A stretch of DNA of 64,000 nt from Candidatus Latescibacterota bacterium (lineage in GTDB: Bacteria; Latescibacterota; UBA2968; GCA-2709665), in the NCBI GenBank assembly GCA_965203805.1, contig OZ241917.1, positions 1,184,001 through 1,248,000 of the forward strand. The letters are read 5' to 3'. Shown one piece after another: positions 42,611-51,879 of the stretch; the stretch's first letter is position 1; every line of letters begins with the position of its first letter. The position numbers and the translations under genes were made by a program. The notes under the pieces were generated by a model. It saw nothing but the letters and a program-made list of their open reading frames with translations. It made no database searches and was not told the origin of the DNA.

Positions 42611-44288
42611 CGGCTTTGACTCCCCCAAGTCGTTCCCGCACCACCGCCATCAGCCGCTCCCCCTCGCCAAAGCACTCCACTAGCTCAGCCAGCAGACGCG
42701 GGTACATGTCTGCGAACGGCTCGCCATCGTCCTCGACTTCCTCCGCGCCGACGTAGCGGCCGGGGGTAAGCACGAAGCCGTGCTTACCAATGCGCGCGAT
42801 CGTCTCGGCCTTACAGAAACCGGCGATGTCGCGGTAGGCCCATTTGCCGTGCTGCGCTTCATTCCACCAGTCGGGCGGGGGCTCGCCCCGCCACTGGCGG
42901 AAGGCGTAGACGATGCGGCCGAGGTCGGAATCGAAGTTCGAGTCGCCCGTGCCGTCGGCCATCATGCTTTCGCCATCGTCGCCGCCGGTGAGCACGCGAA
43001 GCGTGCGGGTCCGCATCGTGCCGAGCTTGCGGGCGTCGATGAAGAGCGTCTCGCCCTTGCGGTCACGTCCACCGTGCTTGAGGTTCCTGCCGGTCTTGTC
43101 ACGGGTGAGGAACCAGAGGCAGGCGGGGATGCCGGTGGTCAGGAAGAGTTGAGCAGGCAACGCGACGATGCAGTCCACCAGATCGGCCTCGACAATGCGC
43201 TGGCGGATTTCGCCCTCGCCGCCGGAGCCGGTGGAGAGCGAGCCGTTGGCCATGACGAAGCCGGCGACTCCGCCTCCGTGGCCGTTAGGCGGCGCCATGT
43301 GGTGGATGAAGTGCTGAATCCAGGCGTAGTTGGCATTGCCGACGGGTGGTGTGCCGTGACGCCAGCGCACGTCGTCCGCCAGCAGCTTGCCCGACCAGTC
43401 CGAGATGTTGAACGGCGGATTGGCGAGGATGTAATCGGCCTTGAGGTCGGGGTGCAGGTCGCGCAGGAAGCTGTCGGCGGGCTGAGAGCCAAGGTTGGCC
43501 TCGATGCCGCGGATAGCCAGGTTCATGTGAGCCAGCCGCCAAGTCGTTGGATTAGACTCCTGGCCGAAGATCGAGATATCGGTCTTCTGTCCGCCGTGCG
43601 CCTCCACGAAGCGTTCGGACTGCACGAACATGCCCGCCGAGCCGCAGCAGGGGTCGTAGACGCGGCCCTCATACGGCTCGAGCATCTCGACCAGCAGCCG
43701 CACGACACAACGTGGCGTGAAGAACTCGCCGCCGAGCTTGCCCTCGGCCTGGGCAAACTTGCCGAGGAAGTACTCGTAAACCCGGCCGAGCGTGTCGCGG
43801 GCTTTAGCGCGGTCGCCCTTGAAGCCAATGTCGGCGATCAGGTCGATCAACCCCTTCATTTTTTCCGGCGCGATGCCGCGACGGGCGTAATCGCGGGGCA
43901 GCTTGCCCTTGAGGTTCGGGTTGTCGCGCTCGACGGCGAGGATGGCGTCGTCGATCAGCGTGGCGACATCCGGCCGCGCGGCCTGGTTCTGGAGCTTCTG
44001 CCAGCGTGCCTCGGGCGGCACCCAGAAGATCCGTTCGGCAGTGTATTCGTCGCGGCTCTCCAGCAGGCTTTCGATCTGAGGTCCGCTGATGCCGTCGGCT
44101 TCCAGTTCGCCCTCGAGATCGCGGCGCCGCACCTCAAAGGAGTCGGAAATGTACTTCAGGAAGAGCAGGCCGAGGACGACGTGTTTGTACTCGGCAGCGT
44201 CGATCTGACCGCGCAGGGCGTCGGCCGACTTCCAGAGGACTTCGGCGTAGGCCAATTCGGTGGTGGGTACAATGCCATTCTTCGTCAT
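42603..44288 (-). CDS. hsdM: Type I R-M methyltransferase subunit M (m6A)
   Basis: [43 protein letters not shown]. Confidence 0.97.
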   Translation of the reverse strand: MTKNGIVPTTELAYAEVLWKSADALRGQIDAAEYKHVVLGLLFLKYISDSFEVRRRDLEGELEADGISGPQIESLLESRDEYTAERIFWVPPEARWQKLQNQAARPDVATLIDDAILAVERDNPNLKGKLPRDYARRGIAPEKMKGLIDLIADIGFKGDRAKARDTLGRVYEYFLGKFAQAEGKLGGEFFTPRCVVRLLVEMLEPYEGRVYDPCCGSAGMFVQSERFVEAHGGQKTDISIFGQESNPTTWRLAHMNLAIRGIEANLGSQPADSFLRDLHPDLKADYILANPPFNISDWSGKLLADDVRWRHGTPPVGNANYAWIQHFIHHMAPPNGHGGGVAGFVMANGSLSTGSGGEGEIRQRIVEADLVDCIVALPAQLFLTTGIPACLWFLTRDKTGRNLKHGGRDRKGETLFIDARKLGTMRTRTLRVLTGGDDGESMMADGTGDSNFDSDLGRIVYAFRQWRGEPPPDWWNEAQHGKWAYRDIAGFCKAETIARIGKHGFVLTPGRYVGAEEVEDDGEPFADMYPRLLAELVECFGEGERLMAVVRERLGGVKADG

Positions 44289-44555
44289 GTCGTCGTGTAG
44301 ACACCTCCCCTATGGCTTTCGAGTACTGCCGTCGCCTTGAGCCAACAAATGGCCCATTCGACTCTGTGTAGAACTTTGGGCTTGCCGGACGGCACTGAGT
44401 ACACGACAGCGGTCTACTCGTCGGTGAGCCTAACCACCCCGCGACCGTGTTCCCCGAGACTAGGCCAGCCAACCGCTATCCCACCTTGAGACTTTCATAT
44501 GTAAACTGCACTTCCAAGCCGAAGAATACAAATAAGATATTTATTTACGATTATT

Positions 44556-46378
44556 GAGTCCCCTCCGAGAAGGGGGTTCAGGAAGATTTCGTGTGTAGGT
44601 GTCAGTGTTGTGTATTGAGAGGTCGCGTTGCGTGGTGAAAGTGCATCGGGTTGCGGCCCATCAACACAGAGGCGGTTTACGAGGTTGCTCGCGTGGTTTT
44701 GGGGCAAGGATATGCATAAAAAAGTCGCATCTTATGCGGGGAGCATCGTGGGTGAGGTGAGGTAATTCTGGATCCGAACGAGATTGACCCATAAGCCACG
44801 ACAGTGCGCCCACAGCTGATGTGGCATCAATCCACGATAGCGAGTTTTGCCGTTTCGGGTGTAATAGCTCAACTGGAAGAGGCTGGCTTCGACGTTATTG
44901 CGTCGGTTTCTGATGTGTTCAGGCAGGGCTTCACTCTGTTTGCGTTTGATGTAGTTGTCGATGGCCTGTTCTTTAAAGTATCGGGGTTTGCCATCCATGA
45001 TGAGTTTGTATTTCCCCGGTTTGTATTCTTGGGCAAGCTGCACGGCTTGGGTATTTCGATCCATGACTTCGACGCCTTCTCTTGTTCGTCGATAAATGAA
45101 ACGCCCTGGGGTTCCTTGCAGGCCACTGTAATAGAATTGCTTGTCGTGTTCGTTTGCGTACTCGGCGTTGGATTGATCATTATAGGCCCCATCCATCGAC
45201 ACGTCTCGAACCTGCCCTACCACGTGCTGTGTGCGCCCTACGGCCGCTTGCACAAACGCGTTGTCGGGCGCTGTCGCGGATTTGACGTCAATGTCCGTGA
45301 TCAAATTGAGGCCCTCCTCACCGCAGGTCTCGGTGAGGTTCACACTGTATCCTTTCACCTTCGCTTCCCCTTTCTTACGAAAGGCCGCATCTTCGTCATC
45401 GGGGGACTGCAAGGAGGATGCGGAGATCTCATCAGGCGGCTTGGGAAGCACCTGTTTGGAGGAGGATAAAACCGAATACTGGTCTCCAAAAACACGCGCC
45501 ATCACACCATAGTGATCGCTGTCTTTCTCGGTATAGATCGCTTGAAGCCTGCTCAATAACACACCGTATTCCTGTAGCTTCTCACCTTTTTCAGCACGGG
45601 TGAGACGGTAGACAACCTGATGGGGCTTCACCTTGAGCATTCCGTCCAGAACCTGCCGGTGTTTTCCTGATAATCGCCGCTTCCGGGCCTCGTCCAACGA
45701 TCCCCAGAACCGTTGTAAACAACCCACCACCAACTGCAACCGACAACATAGCGCAATGTTCGAGCCGATTAACTTACTGTCCATTCGGATTTGCTGACCC
45801 AGCACACCAAAGGCGTCGGCCTGCGTCTTCGTTAAGCTGCTAAAGGTCTCGCCAACCAGATCCCGACCGGTTTTCAGTTGATACGCATACAAGGACTGTT
45901 TGAACAGATAATACGTCGACTCCACAGGCGCCTCATCAGACAGATTCATCAACCCCAATGCCCGCATCGCCAGGATATTGAACCGACATTGCTCGAACAG
46001 TTGTGCATCGCTCCACCCGAAGCCCTCCTTCAAGACCATCATCGCCGCCAACTGACGAATCGGGGCATTGGGACGGCCTATGTCGGGATCAAACAACACG
46101 GAAAACACATCCTCGTCGATCTCTGACGTGATGTGCTGGTAAAACAGATTATGCCACGACTTCGGATCATTCAACTGCGCCTGCTTCCGCTGTGTGAAAT
46201 GCGACTCGAAATTCGAAAACAGATCCGGTTGACTGCACGACGCACTCGGCTTATACATCTGTCCTCTCCCACGCTCTCTACAATTGTAATTCTCAATACT
46301 TCATCCTTGCTGACTTTTCACACTTCGAATTTAGTACTTTCACCAGCATAAGTAAATGCGACTTTTCGGAGTGGACTC
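44556..46378 (-). mobile_element. Intact insertion sequence (ISNCY-like), 1823 bp
   Basis: TIRs GAGTCCCCTCCGAGAAG / GAGTCCACTCCGAAAAG (15/17 match); 6-bp target duplication ATTATT at 44550-44555 and 46379-46384. Confidence 0.9.
44732..46258 (-). CDS. DDE transposase
   Basis: GRPNAPI, RMDSKLIGSN, LQSPDDEDA, DGAY, RNNVEA; bounded by TIRs. Confidence 0.92.
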   Translation of the reverse strand: MYKPSASCSQPDLFSNFESHFTQRKQAQLNDPKSWHNLFYQHITSEIDEDVFSVLFDPDIGRPNAPIRQLAAMMVLKEGFGWSDAQLFEQCRFNILAMRALGLMNLSDEAPVESTYYLFKQSLYAYQLKTGRDLVGETFSSLTKTQADAFGVLGQQIRMDSKLIGSNIALCCRLQLVVGCLQRFWGSLDEARKRRLSGKHRQVLDGMLKVKPHQVVYRLTRAEKGEKLQEYGVLLSRLQAIYTEKDSDHYGVMARVFGDQYSVLSSSKQVLPKPPDEISASSLQSPDDEDAAFRKKGEAKVKGYSVNLTETCGEEGLNLITDIDVKSATAPDNAFVQAAVGRTQHVVGQVRDVSMDGAYNDQSNAEYANEHDKQFYYSGLQGTPGRFIYRRTREGVEVMDRNTQAVQLAQEYKPGKYKLIMDGKPRYFKEQAIDNYIKRKQSEALPEHIRNRRNNVEASLFQLSYYTRNGKTRYRGLMPHQLWAHCRGLWVNLVRIQNYLTSPTMLPA

Positions 46379-46397
46379 ATTATTTAAATCACATATG

Positions 46398-46488
<91 letters not shown>

Positions 46489-46569
46489 GCTCGAACGCGG
46501 GGTTACGCAGGGTACCCGTACCGGATTGCGACTTCCACCCCCTGCCGCAGCAGCCTGCTCCGTCGCACG

Positions 46570-47046
46570 TTACGGGTCTCTCTGGCGCAATGTTTGGAAG
46601 AACTGTTTCAGAATCCTCGAGCAGGGCGCTTCGAGGACGGCTCTGCGAACGTCGATCCGATGGTTGAGCCTGGGGTCGTCGACCACGTTTCTGAGCGAAC
46701 CGCAGGCGCCGGTCTTCGGATCGTCTGCGCCGATCACCAGCCGGGACACCCGCGCTAGCACCAGCGCGCCGGCGCACATCGCGCACGGTTCCAGCGTGAC
46801 GTAAACGACACAGTCCGCCAGCCACTTCATGCCGGTGCGCGCCGTTGCGGACCGGATGGCCAGCATCTCCGCGTGCGCCGTGGGATCGTTATCCCTCAGG
46901 ACGCGGTTCTGTCCCCGCCCGACAACCTCCCCGTGGCGCAGAATGACCGCCCCCACCGGCACTTCGCCGGCGTTTCCGGCGCCCTGTGCCTCGGCCAGCG
47001 CCAGCTGCATTCCGGCTTCGTCCGCGTCGTTCAATTCGCACACCAA
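46570..47046 (-). CDS. tadA: tRNA adenosine(34) deaminase
   Basis: EVPVGA, DPTAHAE, TLEPCAMC, DPKTGA. Confidence 0.95.
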   Translation of the reverse strand: MVCELNDADEAGMQLALAEAQGAGNAGEVPVGAVILRHGEVVGRGQNRVLRDNDPTAHAEMLAIRSATARTGMKWLADCVVYVTLEPCAMCAGALVLARVSRLVIGADDPKTGACGSLRNVVDDPRLNHRIDVRRAVLEAPCSRILKQFFQTLRQRDP

Positions 47047-47157
47047 TCGGGCGGAAATTCACGTACTCAAAGGGTTCCGGATCGGCAGACGAATATACCG
47101 CTTTACCTGTTCTGCGTCAATCATTTTCACTGCAAATCCAAAGTGACAGAGCCGGGA

Positions 47158-48462
47158 TCATGCGCCCAGCTTCATGGCGAAGAACGGGACCAGCATCTCC
47201 CTTTCATGAAGCCCGCCGTGGCGGCCCCCCACGAGGTCGGACGGCATCGCGTCATCGCGGTAGGCGTGGAACAGCGTCGCGCTGCCACGCATCAGAGCCA
47301 GCACGTCGCCGATCCGGCCGGAGAGTCCCGCCGCGCGCGGCCCGTCTCCCCACAGGCCTGCGGCCAGCGCGCGTTCGGTTTCGATAACACCTGCCGCTCC
47401 GCCCAGGCCGGACTCCAGAGCGGCCTTCACGTCCTGTACGTTGCCGTCGCGCACGTGAAAATTCGCCGAACGGGCGGTCCCTGTGGGCGGCGACGCGAGC
47501 CGGTGCTGCAGCCCGTCAATCGCGGCGAGGGGCACGACATCCGCCTCGTCCACCTGAATATGTCCGTGGTCGGCAAGGAGCATGAACACGGCGTTCACGT
47601 CGCGCCCTTCGAGTGGCGAAAGCAACTCTCGTTCAATCGCGTAGCCCAGACTGTGGATCTCTCCCTCGGGTTCTTCGCCCCTGGTGCCGTATTTGTGCTG
47701 GATCGTGTCCATTGTGTCCGTATACAGCCAGATACACGATGGGCGTCCCGGATCCGAGGTCAACATGGTTCGAACCTGGATGAACAGGTCCGATGCGTTC
47801 ACGAACGGAATCACGTCGGTAGCGCCGTCGTACAACATCTCGGACAGGCCGCTGTGCGCCAGCGACCGGTGAATCATGCAATAGGACGCAACGCCGGCCC
47901 CGGTTAACAGCCTGTGCACGGTGGGTACGCCCAGCAGGGCCCGGGCATCTCCGCTGTTGAGCAGCATGCGCCCGAACCGTTCGTCCGCCTCGGGGCTCAA
48001 CCGGATCATATTCGCCACGTATCCTTTGTCCGGCATGTACATCCTGTAACCCGCGACGCCGTGCCCTGCAGGCGGCAGACTCGTATGAAAAGATGACAGC
48101 GCCACTGCCGTGGTGGACGGAAAGACCGACGTGATCGGCACGATCCGACCCCGCTCCGCCATTGTACTGAACCCCGGCACCGGCCCGGAATTCAAGACGT
48201 CCGTGAGCGTGAGATAGCCCAGGGCGTCCACCAGCGCAATCGCCAGTTTCCGGGCGCCCGCCAGTTCGCGCCCCACCACCTCGTCGGCCAGTCCAGGCGA
48301 ACTGACACCGCCGATCCCGAAATGCCGCAGCACCGTGGGCGCAACGTTCGCGACGCTGTATCCGTCGTACGCCGGCCAGATGAACTCAGCGGGCCACGGC
48401 GTTTCGCCGAGCCTGCCGGGCCGCCGCAGGCGCTTCAATACATCGTTCGCAACAGGATTCAT
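47158..48462 (-). CDS. Alkaline-phosphatase-superfamily nucleotide pyrophosphatase/phosphodiesterase
   Basis: VDALG, SVFPSTT, D..QH..G, ADHG, GRHGG...EMLVP. Confidence 0.88.
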   Translation of the reverse strand: MNPVANDVLKRLRRPGRLGETPWPAEFIWPAYDGYSVANVAPTVLRHFGIGGVSSPGLADEVVGRELAGARKLAIALVDALGYLTLTDVLNSGPVPGFSTMAERGRIVPITSVFPSTTAVALSSFHTSLPPAGHGVAGYRMYMPDKGYVANMIRLSPEADERFGRMLLNSGDARALLGVPTVHRLLTGAGVASYCMIHRSLAHSGLSEMLYDGATDVIPFVNASDLFIQVRTMLTSDPGRPSCIWLYTDTMDTIQHKYGTRGEEPEGEIHSLGYAIERELLSPLEGRDVNAVFMLLADHGHIQVDEADVVPLAAIDGLQHRLASPPTGTARSANFHVRDGNVQDVKAALESGLGGAAGVIETERALAAGLWGDGPRAAGLSGRIGDVLALMRGSATLFHAYRDDAMPSDLVGGRHGGLHEREMLVPFFAMKLGA

Positions 48463-48509
48463 GCCAACTCCGATCCGATGATGCCGCCTACCGGAAAAAA
48501 CAAGGACCC

Positions 48510-48538
48510 ATAATAGACCGCGCCCGGTGTGATGTCAA
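48510..48538 (-). promoter_or_regulatory. sigma70 promoter of the phosphodiesterase gene
   Basis: TTGACA-N17-TATTAT. Confidence 0.65.
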
Positions 48539-48639
48539 GCCCGAAACCCCGTTCACGAACGCCATTACAGTGCGGCCCAGTGAACGCGGGAACCGCCAAT
48601 TGCACAGCGTCGGCGAGGACGTCAAACACCGTTTTTTGC

Positions 48640-48668
48640 TTGACACCGCGCGGCCCTTGTGGTAATTT
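48640..48668 (+). promoter_or_regulatory. sigma70 promoter of tRNA-Asn
   Basis: TTGACA-N17-TAATTT. Confidence 0.65.
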
Positions 48669-48692
48669 CCTCCCGCTTCAGAGTGCCAGGGT

Positions 48693-48768
48693 TCCGGCGT
48701 AGCTCAGCTGGCAGAGCGGGTGGCTGTTAACCACTAGGTCGTAGGTTCGAGTCCTACCGCCGGAGCCA
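48693..48768 (+). tRNA. tRNA-Asn(GTT)
   Basis: TCCGGCGTAGCTCAG...GGTGG-CTGTTAA-CCACT...GTTCGAGTCC...CCA, 76 nt. Confidence 0.97.
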
Positions 48769-48946
48769 TTTTTCGACCGTCATCGAAGGTGACTTAAAAG
48801 TCTACCCCGAGCCCCGGAGGGCGAGTCCTTCGGGGCCGTGTCGTATCAGGCGCGAAGACGCGTGCAGGACCGATGTTCCGCAACGTCGTCCCTCCAGCCG
48901 GGAGCCGTACATTATTAGCCGCGACATGCGGTCCGGAGTGAAGCCA

Positions 48947-49393
48947 ATGCCCGCCGGGAAGCCAGCGAAAAACGCGGCAAGGGCCGCCAACAAGCCGGTC
49001 CTCCTCTCGGGCGGAAACCCTCAGATTGCGAAGGCCGACGGGGACGCACCGGTGCAGGCCTATATCACGGCGATGCCGGGCTGGAAGAGCGACGTCGGAC
49101 GCCGCCTCGACGAACTTATCGTGCGCAACGTGCCCGACGTGCGCAAAGCCGTCCGATGGAACTCGCCCTGGTACGGCATCGAGGGCGCGGGCTGGTTCGT
49201 GAGCTGCCATGTATTCACCCGATACGTGAAAGTAACCTTCCTCAATGGCGCGTTGCTGAGACCCGTGCCGCCCGGTTCAGGCAAAGACAGGGACTCGCGC
49301 TGGGTAGACATCCACGAAGGCGAACTCGACGAGACTCAGATGGCTGCCTGGGTCCGGCAGGCGGCCGCCCTTCCGGGATGGCGCGGCTTTTAA
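48947..49393 (+). CDS. DUF1801 (YdhG-like) protein
   Basis: PVQAYI..MPGWK, VRKAVRWNSPWYG, HVFTRYVKVTF..GA.L. Confidence 0.8.
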   Translation: MPAGKPAKNAARAANKPVLLSGGNPQIAKADGDAPVQAYITAMPGWKSDVGRRLDELIVRNVPDVRKAVRWNSPWYGIEGAGWFVSCHVFTRYVKVTFLNGALLRPVPPGSGKDRDSRWVDIHEGELDETQMAAWVRQAAALPGWRGF

Positions 49394-49497
49394 TTCTCCC
49401 TGAAGTTCGGTTTGTGGGTTGAAACGCTTTCTTCCCGGACGGGCTTCGGGCGGGACCACTCGCTCCTGAATTCACCTCAGAAAGGATTTCCAGATAG

Positions 49498-50196
49498 ATG
49501 ATCAGTTACGGACTTAGACCGACGACTTATGGCCTGACCACCCTGCTCGTGTGTCTCACGCTGTGGAGTTGTGCCGACCCCGAGGTGGGTGAGACGCCTG
49601 CCCCCGATGAATCGTCTGCCAGGGCAGAAAGCCGCACGGCCCTTGTAAATCCGAATCTGGCCCTTGGCGACGAACTCGGCGCGCTCCCTGGGATGACGCC
49701 GGAGCTTGCCGACGCCATTCTGCAGCAGCGTCCATTTCTCAATATGGAAGCGCTGCACTCGGTCGTCACACAGCATGTGAGCCGGGAGGACGCTGAAAAG
49801 CTCTACGCGGGCATGTTTGTTCCGATCGACCTGAACCGCGCCGGCAACCGGGAGATTCGCCTCGTGCCGGGCGTGGGAGAACGCATCGCGCACGAGTTCG
49901 AGGAGTACCGACCGTATACGGCCATTGCCCAATGGGAGCGGGAGATGGGGAAATACGTGAACGACGCGGAGATAGAACGCATGCGGCGATACGTTTTCGT
50001 GCCCATCGATCTGAACACGGCCACCGAAGCGGAGATCCTGTCCATCCCCGGCGTGGGCAATCGCATGGCGCACGAGTTCGAGGAGTACCGACCGTATACG
50101 AACATGGAACAGTTCAGACGTGAGATCGGCAAGTACGTCAATGAAGACGAGGTCGCGCGACTGGAGCGGTACGTAGAAATCCGTCCGCAGGAATAA
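49498..50196 (+). CDS. Putative lipoprotein with tandem helix-hairpin-helix (ComEA-like) repeats
   Basis: LWSC lipobox; PIDLN.A...EI...PGVG repeats with a 180-nt period. Confidence 0.8.
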   Translation: MISYGLRPTTYGLTTLLVCLTLWSCADPEVGETPAPDESSARAESRTALVNPNLALGDELGALPGMTPELADAILQQRPFLNMEALHSVVTQHVSREDAEKLYAGMFVPIDLNRAGNREIRLVPGVGERIAHEFEEYRPYTAIAQWEREMGKYVNDAEIERMRRYVFVPIDLNTATEAEILSIPGVGNRMAHEFEEYRPYTNMEQFRREIGKYVNEDEVARLERYVEIRPQE

Positions 50197-50234
50197 GACC
50201 GATCCCGGCAACAGCCGGACCGATTGCGCAAAAC

Positions 50235-50264
50235 AGACCCCGCGACGAAATAGCCGCGGGGTCT
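50235..50264. terminator. Intrinsic terminator-like hairpin
   Basis: AGACCCCGCG...CGCGGGGTCT. Confidence 0.6.
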
Positions 50265-50393
50265 TGTCGTATCCAATTATATATCAATATTTTACGCCGT
50301 CATGATCATACTTCCTATTTGTCCGTTCGGCACGTCGCAGTCGAATTCATCCCGTTTTTTGCCGGTACCAACCGTTTTTGTTCGGGCGATTGC

Positions 50394-50681
50394 TTATGTA
50401 TCGACCCTATGTCCTCCTGACCTCTCACGCAGCCGCGCGATCGCGTCCGCAGCGGGTTCTACTTGGGCGGCGTCAATCTGGCGGTTGCCAAGCGCCAGAA
50501 TCTTGAGCAACGCCAACGTCTCCTGTGTTTTTTCAAAGCTGTCGATGTCCTGCAGCACCACCTTGGCTTCGCCATTCTGAGTGATGACCATGGGCTCTCC
50601 CTTTTCACGGAGCGTACTCACGATCTCCGAGGCATGGGCCTTGAGGTAGCTGATCGGCTTGATCTGGGTGGACAGTTTCAT
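50394..50681 (-). CDS. Phd/YefM-family antitoxin (no cognate toxin downstream)
   Basis: IKPISYLKAH..EI....PMVITQNGEAK; AGGAGG RBS; palindrome CTAAATTTAG just upstream. Confidence 0.88.
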   Translation of the reverse strand: MKLSTQIKPISYLKAHASEIVSTLREKGEPMVITQNGEAKVVLQDIDSFEKTQETLALLKILALGNRQIDAAQVEPAADAIARLRERSGGHRVDT

Positions 50682-50863
50682 GAGCACCTCCTTTTCTGTC
50701 TAAATTTAGTCCATAAACAGGTCAGAATCAAGCATTGATTTTGCTTGTCGTTCGCCAAACTAAGTGCAAGTATATCGAAATCTCACCGGGACGGACACGA
50801 ACTCTTTATTCTGTTCAGGGACTTCGCAATGAGGATCCTTGACCGCGTAAAACCTACTGCGGC

Positions 50864-51190
50864 TTATGATTCGACTCTAATCCGTCCAATCGGGACGGAG
50901 CGGGATTCACGGATAACGATGTCCACGTCACGCCCAAGCGACGTCAGCAGCCGCAAGAGGCGCTCCATGGAATACTCCCGAAAGTCGCCCCGCAGCAGAC
51001 GCGACACGTCGGGCTGAGATAGCCCGAGGAGTTTCGCCGCCTCGACCTGCTTGAGGCCGCGATTGCGAATGATCCTGTCGATCCGTGTAACCAATTCGGC
51101 TTTAAGCAGGTGCACGTCGGCATCCGGAAGCCCCAGATCAGCGAATACGTTTCCGCTGCTGCGTTCGATCTTCACATTGCCGGTCTTCAT
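50864..51190 (-). CDS. XRE/HigA-like HTH antitoxin
   Basis: SSGNVFADLG, LKQVEAAKLLGLSQPDVSRLLRG, SMERL. Confidence 0.9.
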   Translation of the reverse strand: MKTGNVKIERSSGNVFADLGLPDADVHLLKAELVTRIDRIIRNRGLKQVEAAKLLGLSQPDVSRLLRGDFREYSMERLLRLLTSLGRDVDIVIRESRSVPIGRIRVES

Positions 51191-51194
51191 CGAT

Positions 51195-51556
51195 CTAACC
51201 TCCTCCAAAGTTCTCGCTATAGTGTTGTTCTGCCGCTCTAAGTCTCAGCCTGATCAGGTCGATTTCGGGCTTTGGGGTTGTGATACCCCGCCTTGCTTTT
51301 TTTTGGGAGGCATGCAGCACGTAGTCGGCTGCTCTGAATCGGACCGTGTAAACGGCACGGAAAGTATCCCCCTGATGACGTGTGATGACTTCCAGGACGT
51401 TACTTCCCAAGCCTCTGAGCGGTTTGACGTCCCTGTGTCGGAATCCGACCTGTGCCTGATATAGAGCGTAGCCGAAGATACGGCATTCGGGAACGACATG
51501 AGATCCGATTTGCTGGAGCCAATCCATTCGACAGGTCTGGGTTTGTCCGTGGTCAC
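51195..51556 (-). pseudogene. Frameshifted RelE/HigB (Gp49/DUF891-like) toxin
   Basis: N-term MTTDKPRPVEWIGSSKSDLMSFPNAV in one frame; FGYALYQAQ...VKPLRG...FRAVYTV...LHASQKK in another; shift at ~51477; span 362 nt (not a multiple of 3). Confidence 0.85.
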
Positions 51557-51794
51557 GTCTTAATATAGCGAATTCACCATAATTTCGTAAACTGGCGATC
51601 ATACACGCATCTGAATAAGGCGCTATTTGCCGCTTTACGGAACGTGCCAGGCCGATCCAATGCGGTTTCAATCCGGAATTACGGGCTTTCAGATTGAACG
51701 AGACTGTTTTTCCGACAATTTACAAACTTCGCAATTGACCTGAACCCGTTGAAATCATATATAGTTAGTACCCACAGCGACTCCGCGTCTCGTG

Positions 51795-51840
51795 CGCCGC
51801 CGAGCCTGTCGGATTCTCGGGTCGGTTTACAGACAACGCC
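51795..51840 (+). promoter_or_regulatory. Candidate pseudoknotted riboswitch-like leader (nhaA-II-like) upstream of a cation antiporter
   Basis: Stem CCG-CCGAG / CTCGG-GT-CGG; loop TGTC complementary to downstream GACA; lies between a TTGACC-N17-TATATA promoter-like site and the CPA2 start. Confidence 0.4.
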
Positions 51841-51879
51841 CCTTTTGACCGCATTCATCTCCCGCGGAGGTCATCACCC

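Larger units (their letters stand above)
32582..46397. mobile_element. Defence island between two tRNA-Ser genes (no integrase in window)
   Basis: Lies within the core tadA-tRNA-Ser...tRNA-Ser-tRNA-Ala-ffs-dnaX run, starting at the 3' end of tRNA-Ser(CGA); restriction genes, an IS and visibly AT-richer patches. Confidence 0.75.

Noticed and set aside
42780-44300. 506-aa + strand ORF
   Set aside because: Antisense shadow of hsdM.
44425-44475. GCCTAAC integron attC-like core sites (also near 35165 and 54150)
   Set aside because: No matching GTTRRRY partner forming an attC hairpin, and no intI.
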